64,000 nt of DNA from Escherichia coli (GCF_046105845.1 NZ_CP151004.1); one strand, 5' to 3'; positions 1 through 16,306 are shown, counted from the stretch's first letter. The notes: a model not told the origin generated them from the sequence alone. Program-made: numbers and translations.

Positions 1-1085
<1,085 letters not shown>

Positions 1086-1880
1086 ATGGCTATCTCAATC
1101 AAGACCCCAGAAGATATCGAAAAAATGCGCGTCGCTGGCCGACTGGCTGCCGAAGTGCTGGAGATGATCGAACCGTATGTTAAACCGGGCGTCAGCACCG
1201 GCGAGCTGGATCGCATCTGTAATGATTACATTGTTAATGAACAACACGCGGTTTCTGCCTGCCTCGGCTATCACGGCTATCCGAAATCCGTTTGCATTTC
1301 TATTAATGAAGTGGTGTGCCACGGTATCCCGGACGACGCCAAGCTGCTGAAAGATGGCGATATCGTTAACATTGATGTCACCGTAATCAAAGATGGTTTC
1401 CACGGCGATACCTCGAAAATGTTTATCGTCGGTAAGCCGACCATCATGGGCGAACGTCTGTGCCGCATCACGCAAGAAAGCCTGTACCTGGCGCTGCGCA
1501 TGGTCAAACCAGGCATTAATCTGCGCGAAATCGGTGCGGCGATTCAGAAATTTGTTGAAGCAGAAGGTTTCTCCGTCGTTCGTGAATATTGTGGACACGG
1601 TATTGGTCGTGGCTTCCATGAAGAACCGCAGGTACTGCACTATGACTCCCCTGAAACCAACGTCGTGCTGAAACCGGGGATGACCTTCACCATCGAGCCA
1701 ATGGTCAACGCGGGTAAAAAAGAGATCCGCACCATGAAAGATGGCTGGACGGTAAAAACCAAAGATCGCAGCTTGTCTGCACAATATGAGCATACTATTG
1801 TGGTAACTGATAACGGCTGCGAAATTCTGACGTTACGCAAGGATGACACCATCCCGGCGATAATCTCGCACGACGAATAA
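1086..1880 (+). CDS. map: Methionine aminopeptidase
   Basis: 264-aa ORF MAISIKTPEDIEKMRVAGRLAAEVLEMIEPYVKPG...; full-length family match. Confidence 0.97.
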   Translation: MAISIKTPEDIEKMRVAGRLAAEVLEMIEPYVKPGVSTGELDRICNDYIVNEQHAVSACLGYHGYPKSVCISINEVVCHGIPDDAKLLKDGDIVNIDVTVIKDGFHGDTSKMFIVGKPTIMGERLCRITQESLYLALRMVKPGINLREIGAAIQKFVEAEGFSVVREYCGHGIGRGFHEEPQVLHYDSPETNVVLKPGMTFTIEPMVNAGKKEIRTMKDGWTVKTKDRSLSAQYEHTIVVTDNGCEILTLRKDDTIPAIISHDE

Positions 1881-1884
1881 GATG

Positions 1885-1908
1885 AAGCCGGCGAATGCCG
1901 GCTTTTTT
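1885..1908 (+). terminator. Rho-independent terminator after map
   Basis: Hairpin aagccggc-gaat-gccggctt followed by a run of six T. Confidence 0.7.
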
Positions 1909-1923
1909 AATGCGATAATTTAA

Positions 1924-4614
<2,691 letters not shown>

Positions 4615-4644
4615 TGTGTTTACTGATATGAAAAGAGTTTAACA

Positions 4645-5469
4645 ATGCAGCAGTTACAGAACATTATTGAAACCGCTTTTGAACGCCGTGCCGAGATCAC
4701 GCCAGCCAATGCAGACACCGTTACCCGCGAAGCGGTAAATCAGGTGATCGCCCTGCTGGATTCCGGCGCACTGCGTGTAGCGGAAAAAATTGACGGTCAG
4801 TGGGTGACGCATCAGTGGTTGAAAAAAGCGGTGCTGCTCTCTTTCCGTATTAATGATAATCAGGTGATCGAAGGGGCAGAAAGCCGCTACTTCGACAAAG
4901 TGCCGATGAAATTCGCCAACTACGATGAAGCACGTTTCCAGAAAGAAGGCTTCCGCGTCGTGCCACCAGCGGCAGTGCGTCAGGGCGCGTTCATTGCCCG
5001 TAACACCGTGCTGATGCCGTCTTACGTCAACATTGGCGCATATGTTGATGAAGGCACGATGGTTGATACCTGGGCGACCGTCGGTTCCTGTGCGCAGATT
5101 GGTAAAAACGTCCACCTTTCCGGTGGCGTGGGTATCGGCGGCGTGCTGGAGCCGCTGCAGGCTAACCCGACCATTATTGAAGATAACTGCTTCATCGGCG
5201 CGCGCTCTGAAGTGGTTGAAGGGGTGATTGTCGAAGAAGGTTCCGTCATCTCTATGGGCGTATACATTGGTCAGAGCACCCGTATTTACGACCGTGAAAC
5301 CGGCGAAATCCACTACGGTCGCGTTCCGGCGGGATCTGTGGTTGTTTCAGGCAATCTGCCGTCGAAAGATGGCAAATACAGTCTTTACTGTGCGGTTATC
5401 GTTAAGAAAGTTGACGCGAAAACTCGCGGCAAAGTCGGCATTAACGAACTGCTGCGTACCATCAACTAA
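4645..5469 (+). CDS. dapD: 2,3,4,5-tetrahydropyridine-2,6-dicarboxylate N-succinyltransferase
   Basis: 274-aa [37 protein letters not shown]...; hexapeptide-repeat C-terminus. Confidence 0.97.
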   Translation: MQQLQNIIETAFERRAEITPANADTVTREAVNQVIALLDSGALRVAEKIDGQWVTHQWLKKAVLLSFRINDNQVIEGAESRYFDKVPMKFANYDEARFQKEGFRVVPPAAVRQGAFIARNTVLMPSYVNIGAYVDEGTMVDTWATVGSCAQIGKNVHLSGGVGIGGVLEPLQANPTIIEDNCFIGARSEVVEGVIVEEGSVISMGVYIGQSTRIYDRETGEIHYGRVPAGSVVVSGNLPSKDGKYSLYCAVIVKKVDAKTRGKVGINELLRTIN

Positions 5470-5481
5470 AAGTATGCACAC

Positions 5482-5510
5482 GGGCAGCACGACGCTGCCC
5501 GATTGCTTTC
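5482..5510 (+). terminator. Putative terminator hairpin after dapD
   Basis: Stem gggcagc / gctgccc with 5-nt loop, followed by a moderately T-rich tract. Confidence 0.45.
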
Positions 5511-5783
5511 TGGTTCAGAATAATTCGTCCTACTCATTCTTCTTCCCCCCTTTTTTAAATACTTTTTCATCTTGTTTCGGACTGTCATGTAATTCGCAAA
5601 ACGAAGATAAATGTGCTAATCCATCCCATGGAATATCGCCACAATAAAGCAGGTAATTTTTTGATTTTTACGCCATGATAGAAGTCTGGAAGAAAAAGGC
5701 TTTCTGCGATCACAGTCGAGCCGGGCGGGCCAGGCCAAATGCTAAAATAAGCACAATTTACTGACTCATTTTGAGGTAACGCT

Positions 5784-6170
5784 ATGTACGACAATCTGAA
5801 AAGTCTGGGTATTACCAATCCTGAAGAAATTGATCGTTACAGCCTCCGGCAGGAAGCCAACAACGATATTCTGAAAATCTATTTCCAGAAAGACAAAGGC
5901 GAGTTTTTCGCCAAGAGCGTGAAGTTTAAATATCCGCGTCAGCGTAAAACGGTCGTCGCTGATGGTGTGGGTCAGGGTTATAAAGAAGTCCAGGAAATCA
6001 GCCCGAATCTAAGGTATATCATTGATGAGCTTGATCAAATCTGCCAGCGTGACCGCAGCGAAGTTGATCTTAAGCGTAAGATCCTCGACGACTTACGTCA
6101 CCTGGAGTCAGTTGTAACCAATAAGATCAGCGAGATTGAAGCCGATCTGGAAAAACTAACGCGTAAATAA
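5784..6170 (+). CDS. yaeH: UPF0325 family protein YaeH
   Basis: 128-aa [45 protein letters not shown]... Confidence 0.93.
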   Translation: MYDNLKSLGITNPEEIDRYSLRQEANNDILKIYFQKDKGEFFAKSVKFKYPRQRKTVVADGVGQGYKEVQEISPNLRYIIDELDQICQRDRSEVDLKRKILDDLRHLESVVTNKISEIEADLEKLTRK

Positions 6171-6195
6171 TCCCGAACTGACGGTTAACTCGGGC

Positions 6196-6228
6196 ATTCC
6201 CCTCTCCCCTTCGGGCTGAGGGGAATGA
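6196..6228. terminator. Hairpin between convergent yaeH and cdaR (possible bidirectional terminator)
   Basis: Perfect 10-bp stem cattcccctc / gaggggaatg with 13-nt loop; no clear U-tract. Confidence 0.35.
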
Positions 6229-6258
6229 GCCAGCGCCGCCTCGACCTTAACGCATAAC

Positions 6259-7416
6259 CTACCGCTCTTCATCCAGTTGTAACGCCACATACAGCAGCAA
6301 TCTGTCATCAAAATTGCCCAAATCAAGCCCGGTCAGTTCCGATATACGATTAAGCCGATACTCCAGGGTATTACGATGAATAAACAGCGCCTTTGACGTT
6401 GCCAGCGGCTGCACGTTATGGCGAAACCACGCCGCCAGCGTTCGCCGCAGCAAGCCGTTATTGTCCATCGCTTTCAGCCGCGCCAGCGGTCGCGCCAGTT
6501 CGTTGGCCTGCCAGTCGCCACGCAAACTGTCGAGTAACACAGGTAACATCAGATCCTGATAAAAATAGCAGCGACTTTCTGGCATCCGTTGTTTACCCAC
6601 CACCATCGTCGTTTTCGCCGTACGATAGGATCGGGCAATACTGCCAGGACCGGTAAAATAGTTGCCCAGCGAAACGCGAAAACGCAGCTGGCCGTACTCT
6701 TTCATGCGGGTAATCAGTTGTTCAACTCGCTTACGATGATCTTCTGCATCCCAGCGCCCAAAAGAGTTCAACGCCGGTTTCAACACCACCATTTCGGTTA
6801 GCGAGACAATCGCCACCAGATTATTACGCTCGGGCGTAGTCAGCGCGTTTTGCAGTTGTTGTAACTCCGCCATTGCGCTGTCCACACCAAGCTGACCGCT
6901 GTCGACCTCAACAATAGCCACCACTCGCGGTTGATTGAGATCGATCCCCAGCCGTTGCGCCCATTCCGTAAGTGCGGGAGTATTCTCCTCAGCCTGAATC
7001 AGGTTCATCACCAGTTCTTCCCGCAAACGGCTATCCTGCGCCAACAGGTGCATCAACCGCGACTGTTCCAGCATCATTTCAGCCGTCATGCAGACCAGTT
7101 CGCCATATTTACGCAGGTTCTCTGGTTCACCAGTCAGGCCAATTACGCCGACAATTTCACCTTCCAGCCGTAACGGCAGATTAATCCCCTGCCGCACACC
7201 GTGCAGATGACGTGCCACCGCGTCATCGATATCGACGACTCGTCCCTGTGAAAGTACCAGCAATGCTCCTTCGTGCAATTCACCAATACGCTCACGATCG
7301 CCGCTGCCGATAATTCGCCCGCGGGCATCCATTACGTTGATATTGGTATCGATGATGCGCATGGTACGTGCCACGATATCCTGCGCCATTTTGGTATCAA
7401 GATGCCAGCCAGCCAT
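6259..7416 (-). CDS. cdaR: Carbohydrate diacid regulator (PucR/CdaR family)
   Basis: ORF 6259-7434 (-); start taken at MAGWHLDTKMAQDIVARTMRII (385 aa); C-terminal helix-turn-helix. Confidence 0.9.
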   Translation of the reverse strand: MAGWHLDTKMAQDIVARTMRIIDTNINVMDARGRIIGSGDRERIGELHEGALLVLSQGRVVDIDDAVARHLHGVRQGINLPLRLEGEIVGVIGLTGEPENLRKYGELVCMTAEMMLEQSRLMHLLAQDSRLREELVMNLIQAEENTPALTEWAQRLGIDLNQPRVVAIVEVDSGQLGVDSAMAELQQLQNALTTPERNNLVAIVSLTEMVVLKPALNSFGRWDAEDHRKRVEQLITRMKEYGQLRFRVSLGNYFTGPGSIARSYRTAKTTMVVGKQRMPESRCYFYQDLMLPVLLDSLRGDWQANELARPLARLKAMDNNGLLRRTLAAWFRHNVQPLATSKALFIHRNTLEYRLNRISELTGLDLGNFDDRLLLYVALQLDEER

Positions 7417-7534
7417 AAGTCCTCCGTTATGCACGGCTTAGCATAAGGAAGTACGTAACGTACGGCATTGTGCAAATGCCCAAAGGATGATGAAGATGTA
7501 TGGAGTTGTGGCGAAGTTCACAGATTGTAAGGAG

Positions 7535-7562
7535 AACCCCTTCCCGTATTCAGGAAGGGGTT
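7535..7562 (-). terminator. Putative terminator after degP
   Basis: Stem aaccccttcc / ggaaggggtt with 8-nt loop, immediately after the degP stop; weak U-tract on - strand. Confidence 0.45.
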
Positions 7563-7570
7563 GAGGGAGA

Positions 7571-8995
7571 TTACTGCATTAACAGGTAGATGGTGCTGTC
7601 GCCGCGCTGAATGTTCAGTGCCAGCACAGACGGTTTGCTGTCGAGAACTTTACGCAGTTCAGCGATGTTTTTCACTGCCTGCTGGTTCGCGCCGATAATC
7701 ACATCACCTTTCTTCAGGCCGATCTGCGCAGCCGGAGTGCCCGTTTTCACGTTGTTCACTACCACGCCCTGATCTTTGCCTTTGTTGCTCATCTCAGCGC
7801 CTTCAATACCGTTGAAGATGGAGCTGGAATCAACCTGATTCTGGCTGCTCTGCTGCAGTTCCAGATTCACGTTGACCTGCTTACCGTCGCGCAGCAAGCC
7901 CAGGGTCAGTTTGCTGCCCACCGGCATAGTACCCACCTGAGCACGCAGGGCGGCAAAGCTGCTGATTGGCTTACCGTTCAGTGAGGTGATCACATCTCCC
8001 GCTTTAATGCCCGCTTTTGCAGCGGAGGAATTAGGCAGAACCTGGCTTACGAAAGCACCGCGCTGGGCGTCAACTTTCATCGCTTTCGCCAGTTCGGAGT
8101 TCAGCTCAGTCCCCATAATACCCAGCTCACCGCGTTTCACCTGGCCGTATTCCACCATCTGCGAGGTCAGGTTTTTCACCATGTTGCTCGGGATAGCAAA
8201 ACCGATACCGATGTTGCCGCCGTCCGGTGCGAGGATCGCGGTGTTGATACCGATCAGTTCACCGTTCAGGTTAACCAGCGCACCACCGGAGTTACCACGG
8301 TTGATCGCTGCATCGGTCTGGATGAAGTTTTCGTAGTTTTCGGCATTCAGCCCGCTACGCCCCAGCGCAGAGACAATCCCGGAAGTTACCGTCTCACCCA
8401 GACCAAACGGGTTACCAATCGCTACGGTGTAATCACCCACGCGCAGTGCATCAGAATCCGCCATCTTAATTGCGGTCAGGTTTTTCGGGTTCTGGATCTG
8501 GATCAGCGCGATATCAGAGCGCGGATCTTTGCCGACCATCTTCGCGTCGAACTTACGGCCATCGCTCAGCTGGACTTTAATCACCGTCGCGTTATCAACA
8601 ACGTGGTTGTTGGTGACGACATAGCCTTTATCGGCATCAATGATGACGCCGGAACCCAGCGCCATGAATTTCTGTTGCTGGCCGCCACCATTACCGCCCT
8701 GGCCCCCCTGGCAGAACGGAGAGCTCTGGAACGGAGAACCTTCCTGGCAGAACGGAGAATCATCACCGAAGAACTGCTGGAAATTACGCGGCATACGCGG
8801 CGTATTAACGGTTGTGCTACCTTCTACGTTAATGCTGACCACTGAAGGCATCACCTTTTCGAGCATCGGTGCAAGGCTTGGCATCTGCTGGGCTGTCGTT
8901 GCTGAAGAAGTCTCAGCCGCCGTTGCAGAGAGCGGAGATAACGCCAAACCTAAACTCAGAGCCAGTGCACTCAGTGCTAATGTGGTTTTTTTCAT
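7571..8995 (-). CDS. degP: Periplasmic serine endoprotease DegP/HtrA
   Basis: 474-aa ORF MKKTTLALSALALSLGLALSPLSATAAETSSATTAQQMPSLAPMLEKVMPSVVSINVEG...; trypsin-like plus two PDZ regions. Confidence 0.97.
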   Translation of the reverse strand: MKKTTLALSALALSLGLALSPLSATAAETSSATTAQQMPSLAPMLEKVMPSVVSINVEGSTTVNTPRMPRNFQQFFGDDSPFCQEGSPFQSSPFCQGGQGGNGGGQQQKFMALGSGVIIDADKGYVVTNNHVVDNATVIKVQLSDGRKFDAKMVGKDPRSDIALIQIQNPKNLTAIKMADSDALRVGDYTVAIGNPFGLGETVTSGIVSALGRSGLNAENYENFIQTDAAINRGNSGGALVNLNGELIGINTAILAPDGGNIGIGFAIPSNMVKNLTSQMVEYGQVKRGELGIMGTELNSELAKAMKVDAQRGAFVSQVLPNSSAAKAGIKAGDVITSLNGKPISSFAALRAQVGTMPVGSKLTLGLLRDGKQVNVNLELQQSSQNQVDSSSIFNGIEGAEMSNKGKDQGVVVNNVKTGTPAAQIGLKKGDVIIGANQQAVKNIAELRKVLDSKPSVLALNIQRGDSTIYLLMQ

Positions 8996-9040
8996 GTATT
9001 TCAGTCTCGATTAACAGATAACGCAAAATTGCTGTGTTCT

Positions 9041-9068
9041 TCAGATTCGTTTTATAGCGCGAAGTTCC
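9041..9068 (-). promoter_or_regulatory. Sigma-E type promoter of degP
   Basis: On the - strand GGAACTT, 16-nt spacer, TCTGA (window aagttcc at 9062-9068 and tcaga at 9041-9045); matches sigma-E consensus spacing. Confidence 0.7.
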
Positions 9069-9124
9069 GAACTAAAGTTTCTGCAAAAGGTAAAAATTTA
9101 TTGTTCGTCTTTACAAAAGCCTGG

Positions 9125-10642
9125 TTATTGTTCTACGGCCATCAGACGTCGGTATTCATCCCACGCATAGAGGTCGGTCATACCGCTGATATAATCCTGC
9201 AGCAGGCGGCAACGGTAATAATATTCCCATAGCGGAAACTCAGGAGAATCTGACGGTAATTTACTGACAGCCTCGACATAGGCCAGCCGATGGCGCGTCG
9301 AGAGTTTGTGGAATAAGCGCGATTCAATAGGGAAACGTTTCACCCGTTCTTTTTCTACCAGTTCAGTAAAGTCTGATAACGACAGGCTTAATAAAGGACG
9401 ATAAATCTCTAATAATCCGCTAATGACCCGATAGCCCTGCAATTCAAGCTGCTCGACATCTGGATGGCTAAACACATGTTTTACAGCGACATTTTTATAA
9501 AGCTTAAGAAGATCGCTGCATTCGCTGGCATCTTCCAATAATGCATGATTAAACGTTCCGGCGAAAATCGCAGGCAGATTATCAATAAATCGTTGTGCCG
9601 CGTAGGGTACCAGTTTATTTAGAGTGTTTACCCTTAAATACATAAAAAACTGATCTTCCGTACTGCGGCTTAAACTATTTGAGCGTGATTTTTCCCAGGC
9701 ATTTTCAACCACCAGCGAAAAGAGCGAACCTTTCTCATGCTGGCCCCACGCTTCGTGCAAATGATGATAAAGCTGCTCAACGGTAAATATTCTTTTCTCT
9801 ACCGCATCTTCAAGATCTGCCACACAATAGGAGATGTCGTCGGCAGCTTCCATAATCCACGTTAATGGAAAACGACTGTAAAGCGCCAAATTAAGTTCTT
9901 TACGCAACCGGGCAATATAGGCTTCCTCAGAAAGATAATAACCCGGCTTTTTCATTAAATAGTGATGTGTCTCAGGCGTTTCACCACGCCACCACGCCGG
10001 ACGAGTATATTTTAAAATACCGCCAACCTGTGCCCAGGTGAGATTCATCCGCATCAATGTATGCACCAGACGAATGCCTTGTGCATTCCCCTCAAAATGA
10101 CATAAATCCTGACGTATTTTGCGCCGCAGCTCGTTAAGCGGTTCTTCCCCGTCCCGTAAACGTAGTGCTGCCACGCTGCAGCGATCGTCAGTCAGAGGCT
10201 GGCTTTCGGCATCTTCCGGGTGCAAACGCTGGCGAAACCAGTCATTTATCGCCGCTTCGCCAAAATGACCAAACGGCGGATTGCCGATATCGTGCATCAG
10301 GCATGACATCTCAACAATGCTTTCAAAGGGGCCGGTCAGTTCATCCAGGCCGTATGCTTCCAGCAATTTAAGCTCTTTCAGACGGCTTAAAATTTCTTTG
10401 GCGATGTAGCGCCCCACCTGCTGGACTTCCATCGAGTGGGTAAGACGCGTGCGCACGGCGGCATTGCGCTCCAGTGGAAAAACCTGGGTCTTTTGTTGCA
10501 GACGACGAATTGCCGGAGAGTTGATGATACGCCCGCGATCGCTCTCGAAGATCCGCAGGATCTCATGTTCGGTTTTAACGCCCTGTGGTGAACGGTAACG
10601 ACGATGCCAGTTTATTTTTTTTCGGAAATCAATCTGTGCCAT
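9125..10642 (-). CDS. dgt: Deoxyguanosinetriphosphate triphosphohydrolase
   Basis: 505-aa [58 protein letters not shown]...; HD domain. Confidence 0.96.
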
Positions 10643-10725
10643 GTCCTCTCCCGCGTGAGAAATACGCTTCCCCGTAAGCGCATGGTAAACTATGCCTTCA
10701 AATCGGGCTTATCGCGAGTAAATCT

Positions 10726-11424
10726 ATGAAAATCGGCATCATTGGTGCAATGGAAGAAGAAGTTACGCTGCTGCGTGACAAAATCGAAAACCGTCAAACT
10801 ATCAGTCTCGGCGGTTGCGAAATCTATACCGGCCAACTGAATGGAACCGAGGTTGCGCTTCTGAAATCGGGCATCGGTAAAGTCGCTGCGGCGCTGGGTG
10901 CCACTCTGCTGTTGGAACACTGCAAGCCAGATGTGATTATTAACACCGGTTCTGCCGGTGGCCTGGCACCAACGCTGAAAGTGGGCGATATCGTTGTCTC
11001 GGACGAAGCACGTTATCACGACGCGGATGTCACGGCATTTGGTTATGAATACGGCCAGTTACCAGGCTGTCCGGCAGGCTTTAAAGCTGACGATAAACTG
11101 ATCGCTGCCGCTGAGGCCTGCATTGCCGAACTGAATCTTAACGCTGTACGTGGCCTGATTGTTAGCGGCGACGCTTTCATCAACGGTTCTGTTGGTCTGG
11201 CGAAAATCCGCCACAACTTCCCACAGGCCATTGCTGTAGAGATGGAAGCGACGGCAATCGCCCATGTCTGCCACAATTTCAACGTCCCGTTTGTTGTCGT
11301 ACGCGCCATCTCCGACGTGGCCGATCAACAGTCTCATCTTAGCTTCGATGAGTTCCTGGCTGTTGCCGCTAAACAGTCCAGCCTGATGGTTGAGTCACTG
11401 GTGCAGAAACTGGCACATGGCTAA
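10726..11424 (+). CDS. mtn: 5'-methylthioadenosine/S-adenosylhomocysteine nucleosidase
   Basis: 232-aa [56 protein letters not shown]... Confidence 0.97.
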   Translation: MKIGIIGAMEEEVTLLRDKIENRQTISLGGCEIYTGQLNGTEVALLKSGIGKVAAALGATLLLEHCKPDVIINTGSAGGLAPTLKVGDIVVSDEARYHDADVTAFGYEYGQLPGCPAGFKADDKLIAAAEACIAELNLNAVRGLIVSGDAFINGSVGLAKIRHNFPQAIAVEMEATAIAHVCHNFNVPFVVVRAISDVADQQSHLSFDEFLAVAAKQSSLMVESLVQKLAHG

Positions 11425-12217
11425 GTCACTGTTCAGGGCGCTGGTCGCCCTGTCTTTTCTTGCGCCACTGTGGCTCAACGCCGCGCCGCGCGTCATCACG
11501 CTTTCTCCCGCCAACACTGAACTTGCCTTTGCCGCCGGGATCACGCCGGTTGGGGTCAGCAGCTATTCCGACTATCCTCCACAAGCGCAAAAGATTGAGC
11601 AGGTTTCCACCTGGCAGGGGATGAATCTGGAACGCATTGTGGCGCTGAAACCCGATCTGGTGATTGCCTGGCGTGGAGGTAATGCCGAGCGGCAGGTTGA
11701 CCAGCTGGCTTCGCTGGGAATAAAAGTGATGTGGGTCGATGCGACAAGCATTGAACAAATTGCCAATGCGTTACGTCAACTGGCCCCCTGGAGTCCGCAA
11801 CCTGACAAGGCCGAACAAGCCGCGCAATCCCTGCTGGACCAGTACGCGCAATTGAAAGCGCAATATGCTGATAAACCTAAAAAACGTGTTTTTCTGCAAT
11901 TCGGCATTAATCCGCCATTTACCAGTGGAAAAGAGTCGATTCAAAACCAGGTACTCGAAGTTTGTGGCGGAGAAAACATCTTTAAAGACAGCCGGGTTCC
12001 CTGGCCGCAAGTTAGCCGCGAACAGGTGTTAGCACGCTCGCCACAGGCGATTGTCATTACAGGCGGACCGGTCCAAATTCCTAAAATCAAACAATACTGG
12101 GGTGAACAGCTCAAAATTCCCGTTATTCCTCTCACGAGTGACTGGTTTGAACGTGCAAGCCCACGTATTATCCTCGCTGCACAACAGCTCTGTAATGCGC
12201 TTTCACAGGTAGATTAG
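11417..12217 (+). CDS. btuF: Vitamin B12 periplasmic binding protein
   Basis: ORF 11390-12217; start taken at [24 protein letters not shown] (signal peptide, 266 aa); overlaps mtn 3' end by 8 bp. Confidence 0.9.
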   Translation: MAKSLFRALVALSFLAPLWLNAAPRVITLSPANTELAFAAGITPVGVSSYSDYPPQAQKIEQVSTWQGMNLERIVALKPDLVIAWRGGNAERQVDQLASLGIKVMWVDATSIEQIANALRQLAPWSPQPDKAEQAAQSLLDQYAQLKAQYADKPKKRVFLQFGINPPFTSGKESIQNQVLEVCGGENIFKDSRVPWPQVSREQVLARSPQAIVITGGPVQIPKIKQYWGEQLKIPVIPLTSDWFERASPRIILAAQQLCNALSQVD

Positions 12218-12254
12218 CGCCTGACCTTTTCAGGTGCTCAGTGGGGATTGAACA

Positions 12255-12878
12255 ATGCTCGTCTATTGGCTGGATATAGTCGGCACAGCGGTATTTGCCA
12301 TCTCCGGCGTTTTGTTAGCCGGAAAATTGCGTATGGACCCTTTTGGTGTTCTGGTACTGGGCGTGGTAACCGCAGTAGGCGGCGGAACAATTCGCGACAT
12401 GGCGCTGGATCACGGCCCGGTATTTTGGGTGAAAGATCCCACCGATCTGGTCGTTGCAATGGTCACCAGCATGCTGACCATCGTGCTGGTGCGCCAGCCA
12501 AGACGCTTACCAAAATGGATGTTGCCGGTGCTGGACGCCGTTGGTCTGGCGGTGTTTGTCGGCATTGGCGTGAATAAAGCCTTTAATGCGGAAGCCGGTC
12601 CGTTAATCGCGGTTTGTATGGGCGTCATTACTGGCGTTGGCGGCGGGATCATTCGTGATGTACTGGCCCGCGAAATCCCCATGATTTTACGTACAGAAAT
12701 CTACGCAACAGCCTGTATTATCGGCGGTATTGTCCACGCTACGGCTTATTACACATTTTCCGTACCACTGGAAACAGCCAGTATGATGGGCATGGTCGTG
12801 ACGCTATTGATTCGGCTGGCGGCTATTCGTTGGCATCTTAAGCTACCGACGTTTGCGCTGGATGAGAATGGGCGTTGA
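12255..12878 (+). CDS. yadS: UPF0126 inner membrane protein YadS
   Basis: 207-aa hydrophobic ORF MLVYWLDIVGTAVFAISGVLLAGKLRMDPFGVLVLGVVTAVGGGTIRD...; duplicated glycine-rich motif. Confidence 0.93.
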   Translation: MLVYWLDIVGTAVFAISGVLLAGKLRMDPFGVLVLGVVTAVGGGTIRDMALDHGPVFWVKDPTDLVVAMVTSMLTIVLVRQPRRLPKWMLPVLDAVGLAVFVGIGVNKAFNAEAGPLIAVCMGVITGVGGGIIRDVLAREIPMILRTEIYATACIIGGIVHATAYYTFSVPLETASMMGMVVTLLIRLAAIRWHLKLPTFALDENGR

Positions 12879-12887
12879 AGAGAGAAG

Positions 12888-12914
12888 ATGTGCCGGATAG
12901 TTTATCCGGCACAT
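12888..12914. terminator. Hairpin between convergent yadS and erpA
   Basis: Perfect 12-bp stem atgtgccggata / tatccggcacat with 3-nt loop. Confidence 0.4.
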
Positions 12915-12924
12915 GAACAACAGA

Positions 12925-13269
12925 TTAGATACTAAAGGAAGAACCGCAACCGCAGGTGCTTTTCGCGTTCGGGTTGGTCACGATGAAACGAGAACCTTCC
13001 AGACCTTCGGTATAGTCAACGGAACCGCCGACCAGATATTGCAGGCTCATCGGGTCAACCACCAGGCCAACGCCCTGTTTTTCGATGGTCATATCGCCTT
13101 CGTTCACCTGATCATCAAAGGTGAAACCATACTGGAAGCCGCTGCAACCGCCACCGGTGATATACACGCGTAATTTCAGATTCGGGTTATCTTCGTCAGC
13201 GATCAGGCTTTTAACTTTGTTGGCTGCTGCGTCGGTAAACTCCAGCGGCAGTGCTACGTCATCACTCAT
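12925..13269 (-). CDS. erpA: Iron-sulfur cluster insertion protein ErpA (A-type carrier)
   Basis: ORF 12925-13302 (-); start taken at [22 protein letters not shown] (114 aa); C-terminal CGCGSSF motif. Confidence 0.92.
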
Positions 13270-13350
13270 ATTTTGCTCCAAACGACATCGGCAATTGGGC
13301 AAATTCTAACCCAATAATAATCGCCATTATCTAATACCCTGGTATTTCGT

Positions 13351-14790
<1,440 letters not shown>

Positions 14791-14996
14791 TCATACAAAT
14801 AAGATGACGGCATTTTACTCGCACGTTCCATGAAAATCCTTTGCAAAGCGTAATGTTTCAAATGCACAAAACTTTTATACTCTAAGAAATCAGGATTGCA
14901 CCAGTACAAGCAGCCTGATGTTTGACGAGTATTTAACTTGTTATGAATAACATAGAATAGCAGCCATTCACTTTTTCTACGAATCAGGAACCCTCC

Positions 14997-16277
14997 ATGA
15001 GTAAGTCTGAAAATCTTTACAGCGCAGCGCGCGAGCTGATCCCTGGCGGTGTGAACTCCCCTGTTCGCGCCTTTACTGGCGTGGGCGGCACTCCACTGTT
15101 TATCGAAAAAGCGGACGGCGCTTATCTGTACGATGTTGATGGCAAAGCCTATATCGATTATGTCGGTTCCTGGGGGCCGATGGTGCTGGGCCATAACCAT
15201 CCGGCGATCCGCAATGCCGTGATTGAAGCCGCCGAGCGTGGTTTAAGCTTTGGTGCACCAACCGAAATGGAAGTGAAAATGGCGCAACTGGTGACCGAAC
15301 TGGTCCCGACCATGGATATGGTGCGCATGGTGAACTCCGGCACTGAAGCGACCATGAGCGCCATCCGCCTGGCCCGTGGTTTTACCGGTCGCGACAAAAT
15401 TATTAAATTTGAAGGTTGTTACCACGGTCACGCTGACTGCCTGCTGGTGAAAGCCGGTTCTGGCGCACTCACGTTAGGCCAGCCAAATTCGCCGGGCGTT
15501 CCGGCAGATTTCGCCAAACATACCTTAACCTGTACTTATAACGATCTGGCCTCTGTACGCGCCGCGTTTGAGCAATACCCGCAAGAGATTGCCTGTATTA
15601 TCGTCGAGCCGGTGGCAGGCAATATGAACTGCGTTCCACCGCTGCCAGAGTTCCTGCCAGGTCTGCGCGCGCTGTGCGACGAATTTGGCGCGTTGCTGAT
15701 CATCGATGAAGTGATGACCGGTTTCCGCGTAGCGCTAGCTGGCGCACAGGATTATTACGGTGTGGAACCGGATCTCACCTGCCTCGGCAAAATCATCGGC
15801 GGTGGAATGCCGGTAGGCGCATTCGGTGGTCGTCGTGATGTAATGGATGCGCTGGCCCCGACCGGTCCGGTCTATCAGGCGGGTACGCTTTCCGGTAACC
15901 CGATTGCGATGGCTGCTGGTTTCGCCTGTCTGAATGAAGTCGCGCAGCCGGGCGTTCACGAAACGCTGGATGAGCTGACAACACGTCTGGCAGAAGGTCT
16001 GCTGGAAGCGGCAGAAGAAGCCGGAATTCCGCTGGTGGTAAACCACGTTGGCGGCATGTTCGGTATTTTCTTTACCGACGCCGAGTCCGTGACGTGCTAT
16101 CAGGATGTGATGGCCTGTGACGTGGAACGCTTTAAGCGTTTCTTCCATATGATGCTGGACGAAGGTGTTTATCTGGCACCGTCAGCGTTTGAAGCGGGCT
16201 TTATGTCTGTGGCGCACAGCATGGAAGATATCAATAACACCATCGATGCTGCACATCGGGTGTTTGCGAAGTTGTGA
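14997..16277 (+). CDS. hemL: Glutamate-1-semialdehyde 2,1-aminomutase
   Basis: 426-aa [52 protein letters not shown]... Confidence 0.97.
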   Translation: MSKSENLYSAARELIPGGVNSPVRAFTGVGGTPLFIEKADGAYLYDVDGKAYIDYVGSWGPMVLGHNHPAIRNAVIEAAERGLSFGAPTEMEVKMAQLVTELVPTMDMVRMVNSGTEATMSAIRLARGFTGRDKIIKFEGCYHGHADCLLVKAGSGALTLGQPNSPGVPADFAKHTLTCTYNDLASVRAAFEQYPQEIACIIVEPVAGNMNCVPPLPEFLPGLRALCDEFGALLIIDEVMTGFRVALAGAQDYYGVEPDLTCLGKIIGGGMPVGAFGGRRDVMDALAPTGPVYQAGTLSGNPIAMAAGFACLNEVAQPGVHETLDELTTRLAEGLLEAAEEAGIPLVVNHVGGMFGIFFTDAESVTCYQDVMACDVERFKRFFHMMLDEGVYLAPSAFEAGFMSVAHSMEDINNTIDAAHRVFAKL

Positions 16278-16285
16278 TGATTTTG

Positions 16286-16306
16286 CCTCGCCCACCGGGC
16301 GAGGCA
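16286..16306. terminator. Hairpin between convergent hemL and fhuB
   Basis: Stem gcctcgccc / gggcgaggc with 3-nt loop filling most of a 34-bp spacer. Confidence 0.4.

Noticed and set aside
1095-1793. 232-aa - strand ORF across map
   Set aside because: Antisense to methionine aminopeptidase; no independent signals.
4654-5313. 219-aa - strand ORF across dapD
   Set aside because: Antisense to dapD.
5228-5818. ORFs 5228-5647 (+) and 5585-5818 (-) in the dapD-yaeH region as candidate novel genes
   Set aside because: Both overlap bona fide genes (dapD 3' end, yaeH 5' end) out of frame, lack ribosome-binding sites and have no recognisable domain; the spacer is better explained as a remnant of the yaeI locus.
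12248-12577. 109-aa + strand ORF overlapping the yadS start region
   Set aside because: Alternate frame of yadS with Arg/Gly-rich low-complexity translation; yadS frame gives a coherent membrane protein.
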